Of a stretch of 64,000 nucleotides of DNA, positions 1-10,129 are shown one piece after another. Location: IMG/VR virus record IMGVR_UViG_3300023174_000037; one strand, 5' to 3'. The first letter of the stretch is position 1. The number at the start of each line of letters is the position of its first letter. Position numbers and translations under genes: made by a program. The stretch is from a virus. Its lineage: Duplodnaviria; Caudoviricetes. The notes beneath the pieces were generated by a model, which did not search any database, was not told the DNA's origin, and saw only the letters and a program-made list of their open reading frames with translations.

Positions 1-20
1 GTCCACAAACTGAGCGTAGA

Positions 21-1244
21 ATGTGTTGTGCTTCAAGAGAGCCTGCACAGAGTTTTGAGCAGTATATAGACACATCATCTGGCACTGGCAGATATAATCC
101 GGTAACCTTAGACGAACATTGGAACAGTGAACACATGCGGTCTGTGCGTCGGCGCATGATGGCTGGTGAAACGCTTTCGGAATGTGAAGTATGCAACGAC
201 AAGCTATTAAACACAGATGTTTATCGCAGTTATTTCAATCGATTATTTGCACACAAATATGAACATGCCATGGCAAATACCCAGGCTGATGGATCAACTA
301 CTGTAAAACCTGTCAGTTGGGATTATCGCTTTAGTAACCTATGTAACTTTAAATGTCGCACCTGCGGAGATATGTTGAGTAGCAGTTGGGAAAGTGAACA
401 ACGTGCCAACAATATGATCAACTGGTCTAATCCTAAAAACAATTGGATGATACCCGTTGTCAGAGAAGAAATATCTAAATTTCAAGACACACAGATTGAA
501 GCAGAATTTGCTCAAGCAGTGGCAGAACATCGTGTAGAAGAAATATACTGGGTAGGCGGCGAACCTTTGATGTTTGAACAGCATTGGCGTTACATGAAAC
601 AAATAGTAGATCAAGGTGACGGACACCGTGTTTACGCTAGATATAATACAAACCTTAGTCGAGTTGATTATCGGGGCGTTAATCTTTATCGCGACATACT
701 TGCTTGTTTGCGAGACTGGCAAGTTTGTGCAAGTTTAGACGGAACTGGCCCGGTTGGTGAGTATATTCGCACTGGACTTGACTACAAACAATGGTTGGAT
801 AATTTCCGTCAAGGTGTGTCAATTGCCACTAATCGTAGACAAATGCGTATAGACTTTACACTTACTTTGCCTGGATTATTTGAAGTCGCAGCAATACAGG
901 CATTGGCCCAAGAGCTTGATGTAGACGTATTGGCCAAAGTGATATTTGGATTTACTCCGGACATCATAATGAGCCCATTGGCCTTGCCCAGAGAGTTGCT
1001 AGACAAAAAGGTTGATCAACTAGTGGCCAACTTAAATACAGGCGCACTCCGAGATATACTGCTACAGTTAAAGAATCGCCCCGTCTTTGCAGAGCAATGG
1101 CCGGATGAATATCGAGCAGGGTTAGTCAAAGGAAAAGAACGTATATTGCGACTAGAACAGGTACGCAATGACACTTATACTCTTAAAGATATTTTGAGTG
1201 CAGATTACGAAATTTTGGAATGGTATGAATCGATTGTTACTTGA
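21..1244 (+). CDS. Radical SAM protein with Cys-rich (SPASM/Twitch-like) N-terminal segment; probably starts before the window
   Basis: CNFKCRTC (CxxxCxxC), GGEP motif, N-terminal CEVC. Confidence 0.85.
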   Translation: MCCASREPAQSFEQYIDTSSGTGRYNPVTLDEHWNSEHMRSVRRRMMAGETLSECEVCNDKLLNTDVYRSYFNRLFAHKYEHAMANTQADGSTTVKPVSWDYRFSNLCNFKCRTCGDMLSSSWESEQRANNMINWSNPKNNWMIPVVREEISKFQDTQIEAEFAQAVAEHRVEEIYWVGGEPLMFEQHWRYMKQIVDQGDGHRVYARYNTNLSRVDYRGVNLYRDILACLRDWQVCASLDGTGPVGEYIRTGLDYKQWLDNFRQGVSIATNRRQMRIDFTLTLPGLFEVAAIQALAQELDVDVLAKVIFGFTPDIIMSPLALPRELLDKKVDQLVANLNTGALRDILLQLKNRPVFAEQWPDEYRAGLVKGKERILRLEQVRNDTYTLKDILSADYEILEWYESIVT

Positions 1245-2328
1245 TGTTATAGAAATGGATCTTGAAGACTTGACTGTATATATTGATGTATACGACTCAG
1301 GGCTTGGCCGTAAATGGCTAGCGGCATTGAACAATTTAATAGCCAACAATCTGCATCTTGAAAAGAACTATTGTTTCTTTGGATTTGCTGACGGACCTAG
1401 AAATGGTCAATTGATAATAAATGAAATAAATCGCAGTATCCAGGCTATTAATAGTGCCAATATAGGTTATACAATCGATGACAACTTTACCCTGGATAAC
1501 AGTGTTGTACCAGGAGATGAAGTTATCATTGTAGCAGATACCAATACAGCTCGACGTGATGTGATACCCGGCGATGTCAACCGTGAGCACTTTAATAATT
1601 TACACAGATACTTTGAAGATCTGCAAGGGGTAAGCGGACACATGAGTCCATACTATGAAAAAGCAGATCCAACTACCCGATGGCATATCAGGCAACTTAA
1701 CTTGTTATGCCATGAATTTGAGTCGTGGCAGTTGAGTTGGAAAAAGAAATATACTGCACCGGCTTGGCAAAGACCCAGTCAGCTCATGTGTTGGTTACAG
1801 GCACCACGGTTTGTATTAGATGATGGGGATTACGGGCTATTTGGAATAGAAACAATGAATCGCCCATTGGGTGGTGTTTATGTTGGAGTAAACAAAGCCA
1901 TTGGTAAACATCATTGGGAAGTATTTGTGGATGAAGCCAACTATAATCCTGACATGATCATTGACAATTTAACAACCACAACCATGCGTAGTCAACTCGA
2001 AGCTGCTGGAGATTTTGATATAGAGTGGGCAAACAATCCCGGCGCTCATGCTTGGCAAAAGAAACACTTGGCAGACTTTAGAACATGGCTAGAGCGCAAT
2101 GGGTTTGACCCTGAAGATAAAAGTTTAACTATTGGACATCCGCAAGTGGGCCAGGTTAATTTAGTTAAGAGTTTTGGAACAGAAGATTACCAGACTATAT
2201 GGGCACAGTTAAATACTAGGCTTAATGTGACAGCAATTCGCACCAGTGATGCCAGTGTTGAGTATCCGTATAACTGGTCTGACTCGGACTATATGCAACA
2301 ACAAATAAAATCATTACAAGGACGTTAA
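1225..2328 (+). CDS. Hypothetical protein (start placed at ATG 1225, MNRLLLD)
   Basis: Long ORF overlapping the upstream stop; no recognised motif. Confidence 0.75.
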   Translation: MNRLLLDVIEMDLEDLTVYIDVYDSGLGRKWLAALNNLIANNLHLEKNYCFFGFADGPRNGQLIINEINRSIQAINSANIGYTIDDNFTLDNSVVPGDEVIIVADTNTARRDVIPGDVNREHFNNLHRYFEDLQGVSGHMSPYYEKADPTTRWHIRQLNLLCHEFESWQLSWKKKYTAPAWQRPSQLMCWLQAPRFVLDDGDYGLFGIETMNRPLGGVYVGVNKAIGKHHWEVFVDEANYNPDMIIDNLTTTTMRSQLEAAGDFDIEWANNPGAHAWQKKHLADFRTWLERNGFDPEDKSLTIGHPQVGQVNLVKSFGTEDYQTIWAQLNTRLNVTAIRTSDASVEYPYNWSDSDYMQQQIKSLQGR

Positions 2329-2329
2329 T

Positions 2330-2431
2330 ATGAATTGGATTAAAAACTTATACAATAGAATTCGACTAGAAATCCGCTATCGTAAGAAGTTAAAAGAATT
2401 ACGTAAACGAGATCCATTTATCTATAAATGA
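2330..2431 (+). CDS. Small basic protein, 33 aa (MNWIKNLYNRIRLEIRYRKKLKELRKRDPFIYK)
   Basis: Hand-translated; fills the gap exactly, with ATGA overlap onto the next gene. Confidence 0.7.
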   Translation: MNWIKNLYNRIRLEIRYRKKLKELRKRDPFIYK

Positions 2432-3885
2432 AGTTACAACATATATTAGGCATCAGCGTTGGCTATCATGATGCGGCTGCCACTGTTATAAACAACCGTG
2501 GCGATATCTTATTTGCTGGACACGCAGAACGTTACAGCAAACAGAAAAACGATGCTGACTTTTGTCAGGGATTAATAGATGAAATTGCACAATACAAACC
2601 AGACGTAGTTGCATACTATGAACGTCCTTGGGCAAAACAAACACGACAATGGTATGCAGGCCAGGGCATTGAATGGAACAAGTTAACAGTTAAACAGATA
2701 TTAAAACAACAGTTAGGCGGCCAAATTGAACCAGAACGTGTGCGTAGTTTCAATCATCATTTGAGTCACGCGGCTGCAGGTTTTCAAACAAGTCCTTATG
2801 ATCGAGCTACAGTGGTGGTCATTGACGCAATTGGCGAATGGGATACTGTTAGCATATGGGGAGCACATTATGACAACGGACAGGCACAATACCACAGACT
2901 GTGGCGACAACAGTATCCCAGCTCAATTGGACTATTTTATAGTGCAGTTACTGGACGCATTGGTCTACGCCCACTAGACGAAGAATACATAACAATGGGC
3001 ATGGCTGCTTGGGGCAACCCTGAGCACACAGACGCTATGAATGAGTTGTTACGAGAAAATTTGCATGTGGGCATTGACCCAGGGTTTTTATCCCAAGCAA
3101 AAGATGTAGATATTGCCGCAAGTGCTCAGGCTGTTGCGGAACAAGAGATATATAAAGTGATGCAACGAGCCAGAGCGTTTGGTTGGAGCAGAAATCTAGT
3201 GTATATGGGCGGTGTTGCGCTCAATTGTTTAGCAAATAGAAAGTTGGGCGAGTATTTTGAAAAAATTTGGATTATGCCTTGTCCTGGTGACGCTGGCAGC
3301 AGTCTTGGTGCCGCTGCACTCACATACGGTAAACGAATTAACTGGAATAACGCATACCTTGGTACTAACATCAGCGGTGAATACCCTGTTGATGCCATCA
3401 TCGATTGCTTACAGCGTGATCGAATCGTTGGTGTGGCCAGTGGTAGAGCCGAGTTTGGTCCCAGGGCCTTGGGAAACAGAAGTTTGCTCGCAGACCCGAG
3501 AGGATCGGATATAAAAGATCGAGTAAATGAGATCAAACGCAGACAACAGTTCCGTCCGTTTGCTCCAGTGGTATTAGAAGAATATGCAGATCTTTATTTT
3601 GAAATGCCACGTGGCTGGGTAGACAGTAGATATATGCAGATTGTTGGACGTTGTAAGTTTCCTGATGTGTTTCCTGCTGTCATTCATGTTGACGGAACCA
3701 GTCGTATACAGACAGTGCCCAAGGATGGATCTGGAATACGAAAATTACTAGAACGCTGGATGGAGTTGACTGGTTGCCCTGTGCTGTTAAACACCAGTCT
3801 TAATATACGTGGCGAACCCATGGTCAATGATCGTGCAGATGCAGATCGCTTTGAACAGTTGTATCGTGTTCGAGTTTGTAGTTAA
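2428..3885 (+). CDS. Carbamoyltransferase (NodU/CmcH/TobZ family)
   Basis: HDAAA, HHLSHAA, DAIGE, GGVALNC, EFGPRALGNRS, FRPFAP, LLNTSLN motifs. Confidence 0.95.
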   Translation: MKLQHILGISVGYHDAAATVINNRGDILFAGHAERYSKQKNDADFCQGLIDEIAQYKPDVVAYYERPWAKQTRQWYAGQGIEWNKLTVKQILKQQLGGQIEPERVRSFNHHLSHAAAGFQTSPYDRATVVVIDAIGEWDTVSIWGAHYDNGQAQYHRLWRQQYPSSIGLFYSAVTGRIGLRPLDEEYITMGMAAWGNPEHTDAMNELLRENLHVGIDPGFLSQAKDVDIAASAQAVAEQEIYKVMQRARAFGWSRNLVYMGGVALNCLANRKLGEYFEKIWIMPCPGDAGSSLGAAALTYGKRINWNNAYLGTNISGEYPVDAIIDCLQRDRIVGVASGRAEFGPRALGNRSLLADPRGSDIKDRVNEIKRRQQFRPFAPVVLEEYADLYFEMPRGWVDSRYMQIVGRCKFPDVFPAVIHVDGTSRIQTVPKDGSGIRKLLERWMELTGCPVLLNTSLNIRGEPMVNDRADADRFEQLYRVRVCS

Positions 3886-5126
3886 ACAAACCAAGCCGCC
3901 CATTCTGGAACCACTTCACAAAGTGGTTTTTTGCTGGCTGTATCTTCTATTTTAATATGTTTAATAAAACGATCTAATGCGGCAGGGTTAAACTCAACGT
4001 GTTCTACTGTGCTAATTAATCTATCTATAGTTTGCACGTATCCGTATTCATAGTTTGTATACTTAGGATCAAGATAATGTTCGTAACGTTTGCGTCCTTC
4101 ACGCAGACGACTCAATGCCAACGCTTTTAATTCTGTAGGCATAGCTGCAACGCCTAAATGCTGTTGGAATACATGACTTATGCTGGCAAACTTTAAATCG
4201 TTAGCGTGACACCAATCAACAAAGTCCATGGCACTTAGTATATTAATAGCAGTGACCACATGATTGACTATTTCGTGAACTGGGCTTGCGTGTATCTTTC
4301 GAACATTTTCTTCAATGGTTGCCCATTGTGCTCCACGACGTTGATACTCTATTACATCACCTACACCGTCGATGCTCACAGTATACAATACTCGCTTAAA
4401 CTGTTTGAATTTCTCAACCAACCTGTCAGGAAAGTGGCTGGCATTGGTTAAGATAGTTATAATTATATCTTTGGCTAACCCTTGTTCAATCACATAGTCA
4501 ATCAAACGATTGACCTCGGGCTGTAAGATAGTTTCTCCACCGGTAAATCCCAAGATCTTTACATCTTTAATTACAGTTAAGAAGTCAGCGTCAACTGGAT
4601 TAATTTCGTATTTGGATTTAATGCCTTGTTTGATGTCAAATGCATAGCGTTGGCTACTAGCGCCCGAATAACACATTACGCAGGCATAGTTACAGTAGTT
4701 GCTGGGCATGTAGTCTATGGCATATACTTTATCAGCAGTTAACCCTGCATCAATAACACGTTCAACTTCGGCTAGAATATCTACATCTAAATGCTCAAAC
4801 AAATATTCGTTATTGAGTTGCCTAGGACTACTTGCTCCTGCACGTTCGGCATTGATACAAGTGCCGCATACATCTGTTAATTTCTTGTCAAGAAATGATT
4901 GTCGCAAATCTTTCCAAACTTGAGTATTTCTTGATTCAGTTATGTTGTTATTTTGTATATCCCATTGGGGTCCAGCCTGAATAACACTGCAAGGTCTCAC
5001 ATGGTTAACAACTGATTGGTCTGGTGCAACTACTCCGCAAGTAGAGTAAAAGCTATTGACAAATGGTGCCAAACACATTCGTTCGCCGTAGGCATCATAT
5101 AGCTGTTTTACATCTGCTTTGCTCAT
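3882..5126 (-). CDS. Radical SAM protein with N-terminal Twitch/SPASM-like Cys motif (start at MSKADV)
   Basis: CNYACVMC, FTGGE, N-terminal CLAPF...C...CGTC; ATG overlaps the upstream stop. Confidence 0.85.
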   Translation of the reverse strand: MSKADVKQLYDAYGERMCLAPFVNSFYSTCGVVAPDQSVVNHVRPCSVIQAGPQWDIQNNNITESRNTQVWKDLRQSFLDKKLTDVCGTCINAERAGASSPRQLNNEYLFEHLDVDILAEVERVIDAGLTADKVYAIDYMPSNYCNYACVMCYSGASSQRYAFDIKQGIKSKYEINPVDADFLTVIKDVKILGFTGGETILQPEVNRLIDYVIEQGLAKDIIITILTNASHFPDRLVEKFKQFKRVLYTVSIDGVGDVIEYQRRGAQWATIEENVRKIHASPVHEIVNHVVTAINILSAMDFVDWCHANDLKFASISHVFQQHLGVAAMPTELKALALSRLREGRKRYEHYLDPKYTNYEYGYVQTIDRLISTVEHVEFNPAALDRFIKHIKIEDTASKKPLCEVVPEWAAWFV

Positions 5127-6142
5127 AGATAAGTTTCTAGGCCACCCCGGCGACGTAGATCTTGTGTGCAACAACTAATGCCACCGTCCCAGAAATAGCT
5201 ATGACGCAGTTCGCTTATAATAGGATTAATTCTGTGCTTTTTACAAAAATCAAATACGTTTTTATTGTATGCTGAAAAGATAACATTTTCTTCATCTAGC
5301 ACTAAACAGTTGACATCAAACACTGTTTCGGCCACAAAGCCGGTCCATTTGTTGAGATACTTGTCCACAAAAGCAGTAAACTCTGGCGTAGGCGTTTGTC
5401 CTTGCACATACCACGCACCCGGATTACTTTCATACTTGAATTTGCCCACTTCCATTGCGGCCCAGATTGAGCTATCCCAAACCTTGCATACTTCCCATCC
5501 TGGAAAGTCCTTGGATAGGTGTAAATGCATGTCGTGTTTGCTGCTTAATATAACTCCGGGCTTGAGGATAGCAAATACAGCATCGCCATGCCCGTCGGTA
5601 ATGGCTTCGTGTATACGATACTCTGGACCTAATACATTATCCACAATCCAACGAGTTTGTTTGGGCTTTAAGTAATCACTGTTGTCAAAGAATACATCAC
5701 GTCCTACTCGCACAATGCAACTGGCACTGGCCCCGTTTAATATGCAATCTGGATCCCAGGCACTCTTGTGCGGATTAACAACTTGGTCGCTAAATGTTGC
5801 ACATATATCATCCAATTCTTGTATAGGCAACACACGTAGCAATTTATCTCCAAGGCTAATTTGCCAATCTCTTGGAGTAAGCGGTGGCAATGGCGCTCCA
5901 TCATTGAGTATTTGGCTAGTTTGAAAATTATCTTTGCTGTCGATGCCGGGACGTAATACCTTCGCACCATAAGTTTCAATTGTGCGCTGAAGGTTGGTTA
6001 AATCTTCTTCGGTTTCTGCCAGTATCTGTTGTAATTGATTACGGACCTGAGCATCTTCAATAAAATCAAAATAGTCTGGTGGATAAGCTCGCCCTACTAT
6101 AACTTCTTCCAAGGGTTGCCAACTGGTATAACTGCTAATCAT
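5123..6142 (-). CDS. Amidinotransferase (glycine/inosamine-phosphate amidinotransferase family)
   Basis: WQPLEEVIVGR start, GRD, HGD, C-terminal GGISCCTQDLRR with catalytic Cys. Confidence 0.85.
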   Translation of the reverse strand: MISSYTSWQPLEEVIVGRAYPPDYFDFIEDAQVRNQLQQILAETEEDLTNLQRTIETYGAKVLRPGIDSKDNFQTSQILNDGAPLPPLTPRDWQISLGDKLLRVLPIQELDDICATFSDQVVNPHKSAWDPDCILNGASASCIVRVGRDVFFDNSDYLKPKQTRWIVDNVLGPEYRIHEAITDGHGDAVFAILKPGVILSSKHDMHLHLSKDFPGWEVCKVWDSSIWAAMEVGKFKYESNPGAWYVQGQTPTPEFTAFVDKYLNKWTGFVAETVFDVNCLVLDEENVIFSAYNKNVFDFCKKHRINPIISELRHSYFWDGGISCCTQDLRRRGGLETYL

Positions 6143-7283
6143 TACGATCCTTTATAGTGGTAAATTCATTTAACATTGTGTTTAATTCCGTCCATAGTAT
6201 ATTAGCAAATTCACCTCGATAAAAATGATGATAATTGTGCTCAACTATGGGCAAACAGGCTTGGTGTATTTGTTGTCTTTCGTTTACAGATAAATTATTT
6301 AAGTCTTTTAATAACTGAGCAACTTTTTCAATGCGAACAATGTCGTTGGTTTCCAGGTCATAGCTTTCATCGAATATGCCCGCAAATGTTTTAAATCCGT
6401 ATTCGCGCAAGTATGCTAAACTACCGGCGGGTGCAACCAATACAAATGGCATTTCTAATGCTATGGCTTTAAAAGTCTTTTCGGTTATATGAATCCTACG
6501 TCCAAAGTAAACAGTTTCGGTTGGCACATATACTAGGCTGTCGGCTGCTTCGACAAAGTTGCCCAATTGATAACTGTGCATTTCTTGTTGATCTTCTCCA
6601 GCAAATAGTCTAGGAAGGTCTGCTCGGGTCAATACATCGGTTATGTCCTGGTATACATGAGCATATTTTTGTGCTATAATAGATATATCTACACGTTCGT
6701 ATTGGCACACCCTGGGTGCGCTGATATGATTTTGCTCTAGGCCTTGCTTAAAGATGTTGTATAAAAATAACACACGATGATCACGTTTACCTGCCACAAT
6801 GCGGTTTGGACTCATAAAAGTTCGAGTGGGTCGGCGATCTCTCGCTCTAGGAATTAAAAATGTTCGATCGTATCCGCGAAACCAATCTAAACAGGCCCAA
6901 CCATGATAAAAATAATAGTGTGGAGTCCATTCGTAACGACGGCAAAGATTCTCAACAAATTCGCCGCGCTCGCTTACAACAACATGACCAATTTGCTTGG
7001 GCTTTGCTGGCCGCGGTGTTGGAGGCGTTGTGTCTGGCCAAAATAAATCAGTATTTCTTCGATCTACTTCGTCGAACAACGGTTTAAAAATATCTAAATG
7101 CACAGGCTCTTGATCATGCATAAACACATAATTGTTTTCTATTATGCTATCATTGCCTAAGTTAAATAAAGAGTCTGGGCTGGTATTGCCCGGTGGATCA
7201 CAAAAGAACACTCGAGTTCCGGGCTGTTTATCTTTAAACCAAGGCCAAAATGTATGGTTGTAAATCTCATCTATTCTAATCAT
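6135..7283 (-). CDS. Putative glycosyltransferase-like protein
   Basis: ITEKTFKAI...PF...L...GFKTF...DESYD block typical of GT-B-like phage proteins; function inferred. Confidence 0.55.
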   Translation of the reverse strand: MIRIDEIYNHTFWPWFKDKQPGTRVFFCDPPGNTSPDSLFNLGNDSIIENNYVFMHDQEPVHLDIFKPLFDEVDRRNTDLFWPDTTPPTPRPAKPKQIGHVVVSERGEFVENLCRRYEWTPHYYFYHGWACLDWFRGYDRTFLIPRARDRRPTRTFMSPNRIVAGKRDHRVLFLYNIFKQGLEQNHISAPRVCQYERVDISIIAQKYAHVYQDITDVLTRADLPRLFAGEDQQEMHSYQLGNFVEAADSLVYVPTETVYFGRRIHITEKTFKAIALEMPFVLVAPAGSLAYLREYGFKTFAGIFDESYDLETNDIVRIEKVAQLLKDLNNLSVNERQQIHQACLPIVEHNYHHFYRGEFANILWTELNTMLNEFTTIKDRND

Positions 7284-9087
7284 GTTTGACGTATTTTATT
7301 CTGGAATTAAACCTAATCTATTTGCTCATGAGCAACAGGCAGATAGTATTGATCATGCTAGGGAGTTAAGCGGTACTAGATACTTCTGGTGGATAAACTA
7401 TTTAACTGACTACACAAAGTTTGATTTTTTATATGAACCTGTGCCCTGGGAAAGTCATCAACGTCATGCCTGGCCTAGTCAGTGGCAAAAGGATGCAGAG
7501 ACTTATCTAGTTCCTAAGCAAGGCTATTCAGAAACCAACTACAAGACTGGCCCTATCTTAATACGGCAACAGGATCGAACCAATTGGACTATTCCTGAAA
7601 CATTTGACCCAGATTCTTTTGATTTCTCCTGGCACCCAGATGCTACAGAACCAGGATACATATATCAATTTGGCACACAACATCAACGCACAGGCGGTCC
7701 ACAATATCGTGTAGCAGGCGCAACAGATTTAAAGTTTTGCGATCAAGTGCGTGGTAGCGTCAAGTCAGGTGCTACACCTATAGTTGAAATTAACCATATG
7801 GATGGTAACGCCGGGCAAGTAGCCGGAACAGTTGCTACTGTTAGATACTTTGACAACTATAAAGATATCTTAACTAGAATTGCTAATACCAGTGAACATG
7901 AGTATTTGTGGATCATTAGTAGCTGTTGTGACTACAGCAAGTTTGACTTCAGTTGGCATCCAGAGCTATGGCAAAATACTATGTTACATGTATTTGCATC
8001 AAGTGGAGAAAAGTTCGGTGATACATTCTATATGCATGTGCCTAGTTTTAAGAAACGCATAGGGCAATTTGAACTATTAGATTGGTATGATGTAAACTTT
8101 GTGGGTCCCGGAGTTCCACGTAGGCCCGTGCCTGTTATACAACACACGTATGATACACATGTAGAAGCAATTAAAACAATTGATTGGTCTGGTCCGCTAG
8201 CTGTGTTTAGCACAGATGATCAAGTAGGAGAAATACCCACTGTTCCGCTGTGGAGAGAAAAAACCAAGACCATTGTTCCATTAAGTGCTGGCGCCAGCAA
8301 GGTCATTGTGCCTAAAACCGCAGTTCCTTATATCAAACGTCAGGCATATGACTATCCCTACATAGATCGCACACAGCGTCATATGTATACAGATGAACCA
8401 TTGGACATTGTGTTTATTGACAACGGTGAACCCAATGCCGAACGCAATTACCAACACATGGGAGAAGTGGTCAGTCTGACTTGGCGTAATCGCATACATC
8501 GCAGCAGTAGAGTTAATGGGCGTGTAGCGGCCTATCAAGCTGCCGCTAAATTAAGTCAGACACCTTGGTTCTTTGCTGTATTTGCTAAGTTGCGTGTAAA
8601 CAAAGAATTTAATTGGTCGTGGCAACCAGACCGCTTACAAGAACCCAAACACTATATCTTTCACGCACTCAATCCCATTAACGGATTAACATACGGTCAC
8701 CAGGCCATGATTGCTTACAACAAGGAATTGGTCCTAAACAACCCAGGTATTGGATTAGACTTTACCTTAGATAGTGAACATGAAGTAGTTCCTATCTTAA
8801 GTGGAACAGCTGAATATGTCGATAGTGCCTGGTCAGCTTGGCGCACAGCATTCCGCGAAGTATTAAAGTTGAAAGGCAATACCGACGTTGAAAGCGAATA
8901 TAGACTTAATCGTTGGTGCGTTAATGGCGAAGGAGCCAACGCCCAATGGAGCAGTTTAGGCGCACAAGATGCTGTGGAATACTATGATGCAGTTGGTGGG
9001 GATTTTACCGAACTCAAGAAGAGCTATGACTGGGCTTGGTTGGCTAGCTATGCTTTGCTGAAGCGCAATCTAACACAGCATCAATAA
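7282..9087 (+). CDS. Hypothetical protein with C-terminal glycosyltransferase-like domain
   Basis: 601-aa ORF; internal FDFSWHP repeats; DIVFIDNGEPNA and AWRTAFRE segments; function inferred. Confidence 0.55.
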   Translation: MFDVFYSGIKPNLFAHEQQADSIDHARELSGTRYFWWINYLTDYTKFDFLYEPVPWESHQRHAWPSQWQKDAETYLVPKQGYSETNYKTGPILIRQQDRTNWTIPETFDPDSFDFSWHPDATEPGYIYQFGTQHQRTGGPQYRVAGATDLKFCDQVRGSVKSGATPIVEINHMDGNAGQVAGTVATVRYFDNYKDILTRIANTSEHEYLWIISSCCDYSKFDFSWHPELWQNTMLHVFASSGEKFGDTFYMHVPSFKKRIGQFELLDWYDVNFVGPGVPRRPVPVIQHTYDTHVEAIKTIDWSGPLAVFSTDDQVGEIPTVPLWREKTKTIVPLSAGASKVIVPKTAVPYIKRQAYDYPYIDRTQRHMYTDEPLDIVFIDNGEPNAERNYQHMGEVVSLTWRNRIHRSSRVNGRVAAYQAAAKLSQTPWFFAVFAKLRVNKEFNWSWQPDRLQEPKHYIFHALNPINGLTYGHQAMIAYNKELVLNNPGIGLDFTLDSEHEVVPILSGTAEYVDSAWSAWRTAFREVLKLKGNTDVESEYRLNRWCVNGEGANAQWSSLGAQDAVEYYDAVGGDFTELKKSYDWAWLASYALLKRNLTQHQ

Positions 9088-10129
9088 CGTATTCAACTTC
9101 TAAGTCACTAAGCTCTGGATAGATAGGCAAACTTAATACTCTACGAGCCATAGCACTGGCAACACTTAAAATATCTGGTCCTGTATAATCCGCATAAGCA
9201 GGCAACTCGTGCAATGGTTCTTTGTAATGAATTTTGGTTTCAATACCTTTGATGGCCAAGTTGTGAGCAAGCGTATCTCTGCTGTCTACATCAATCACAA
9301 ACTTGTGAAAACAATGCGTTTCAAAGTTGCCAGCATCAATTAAACATCTGATGCCCGATTTGTGTAAACGTTCCATCCAGTATCGTGCAATGGTTTTTCG
9401 GCGCAATTGCCAGGCATCTATGTAGCGTGTTTTGACCAACATTTGCGCTGACTCTGTTTCGCTCATTCTACTGTTAGTGCCTATACTGGTATGCTTGGGT
9501 TTACCGTTGTTGGTCCACTCACGTGCAAACTCCAGCAGGTCTATGTCATCAGTTACAACAGCACCGCCATTGCCATAGGCATTCAAGTTCTTCATTGGAT
9601 CAAAACTCAATGCAGTAGCATTGCCAACGCGAGTGTAATTATTGCTTAACCAGTGTTGAGCACCATCTTCGATTATCAAGTCTGTGGCCCAAAAGCGATC
9701 AGCATTGACTGCCGCACCATACAAGCCAACCAACACAGTGGCCTGCACACTTAGGTCATGTGGTATTTTTTCTTTATCTAGCAAGCCGTGATAGTCAGTA
9801 TCGCCAATATACACTTTCCAACCAGCACGTATAAATGCATTGGCGGTGGCCACGTAGGTCATTGCAGGAACAACTACAGTGGGTGGAACCACACTGGTTT
9901 GTAGTCTATAAAACTCAGCAATTATTTCTAGTGCCTGACTACCTGAATGGCAAGTTACAGCATATTTGCTGTGATTCTTTTGGGCTAACCAGTTTTCAAA
10001 TTCAGCAGTATAGTTACCTGCCATGAGTTGGCCACTACGTAACACCTCGTCGGTCACGTCCAGGATTTCTGTGCGAAGCGTGTTATACTGTTTTTTGAGA
10101 CCAGTAAACGGAATCTTTAAGCCATTCAT
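9044..10129 (-). CDS. DegT/DnrJ/EryC1/StrS PLP-dependent sugar aminotransferase
   Basis: SGSQALE, ATANA, IEDGAQ, SFDPMKNL (catalytic Lys), LSLPIYP. Confidence 0.93.
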   Translation of the reverse strand: MNGLKIPFTGLKKQYNTLRTEILDVTDEVLRSGQLMAGNYTAEFENWLAQKNHSKYAVTCHSGSQALEIIAEFYRLQTSVVPPTVVVPAMTYVATANAFIRAGWKVYIGDTDYHGLLDKEKIPHDLSVQATVLVGLYGAAVNADRFWATDLIIEDGAQHWLSNNYTRVGNATALSFDPMKNLNAYGNGGAVVTDDIDLLEFAREWTNNGKPKHTSIGTNSRMSETESAQMLVKTRYIDAWQLRRKTIARYWMERLHKSGIRCLIDAGNFETHCFHKFVIDVDSRDTLAHNLAIKGIETKIHYKEPLHELPAYADYTGPDILSVASAMARRVLSLPIYPELSDLEVEYVIDAVLDCASAKHS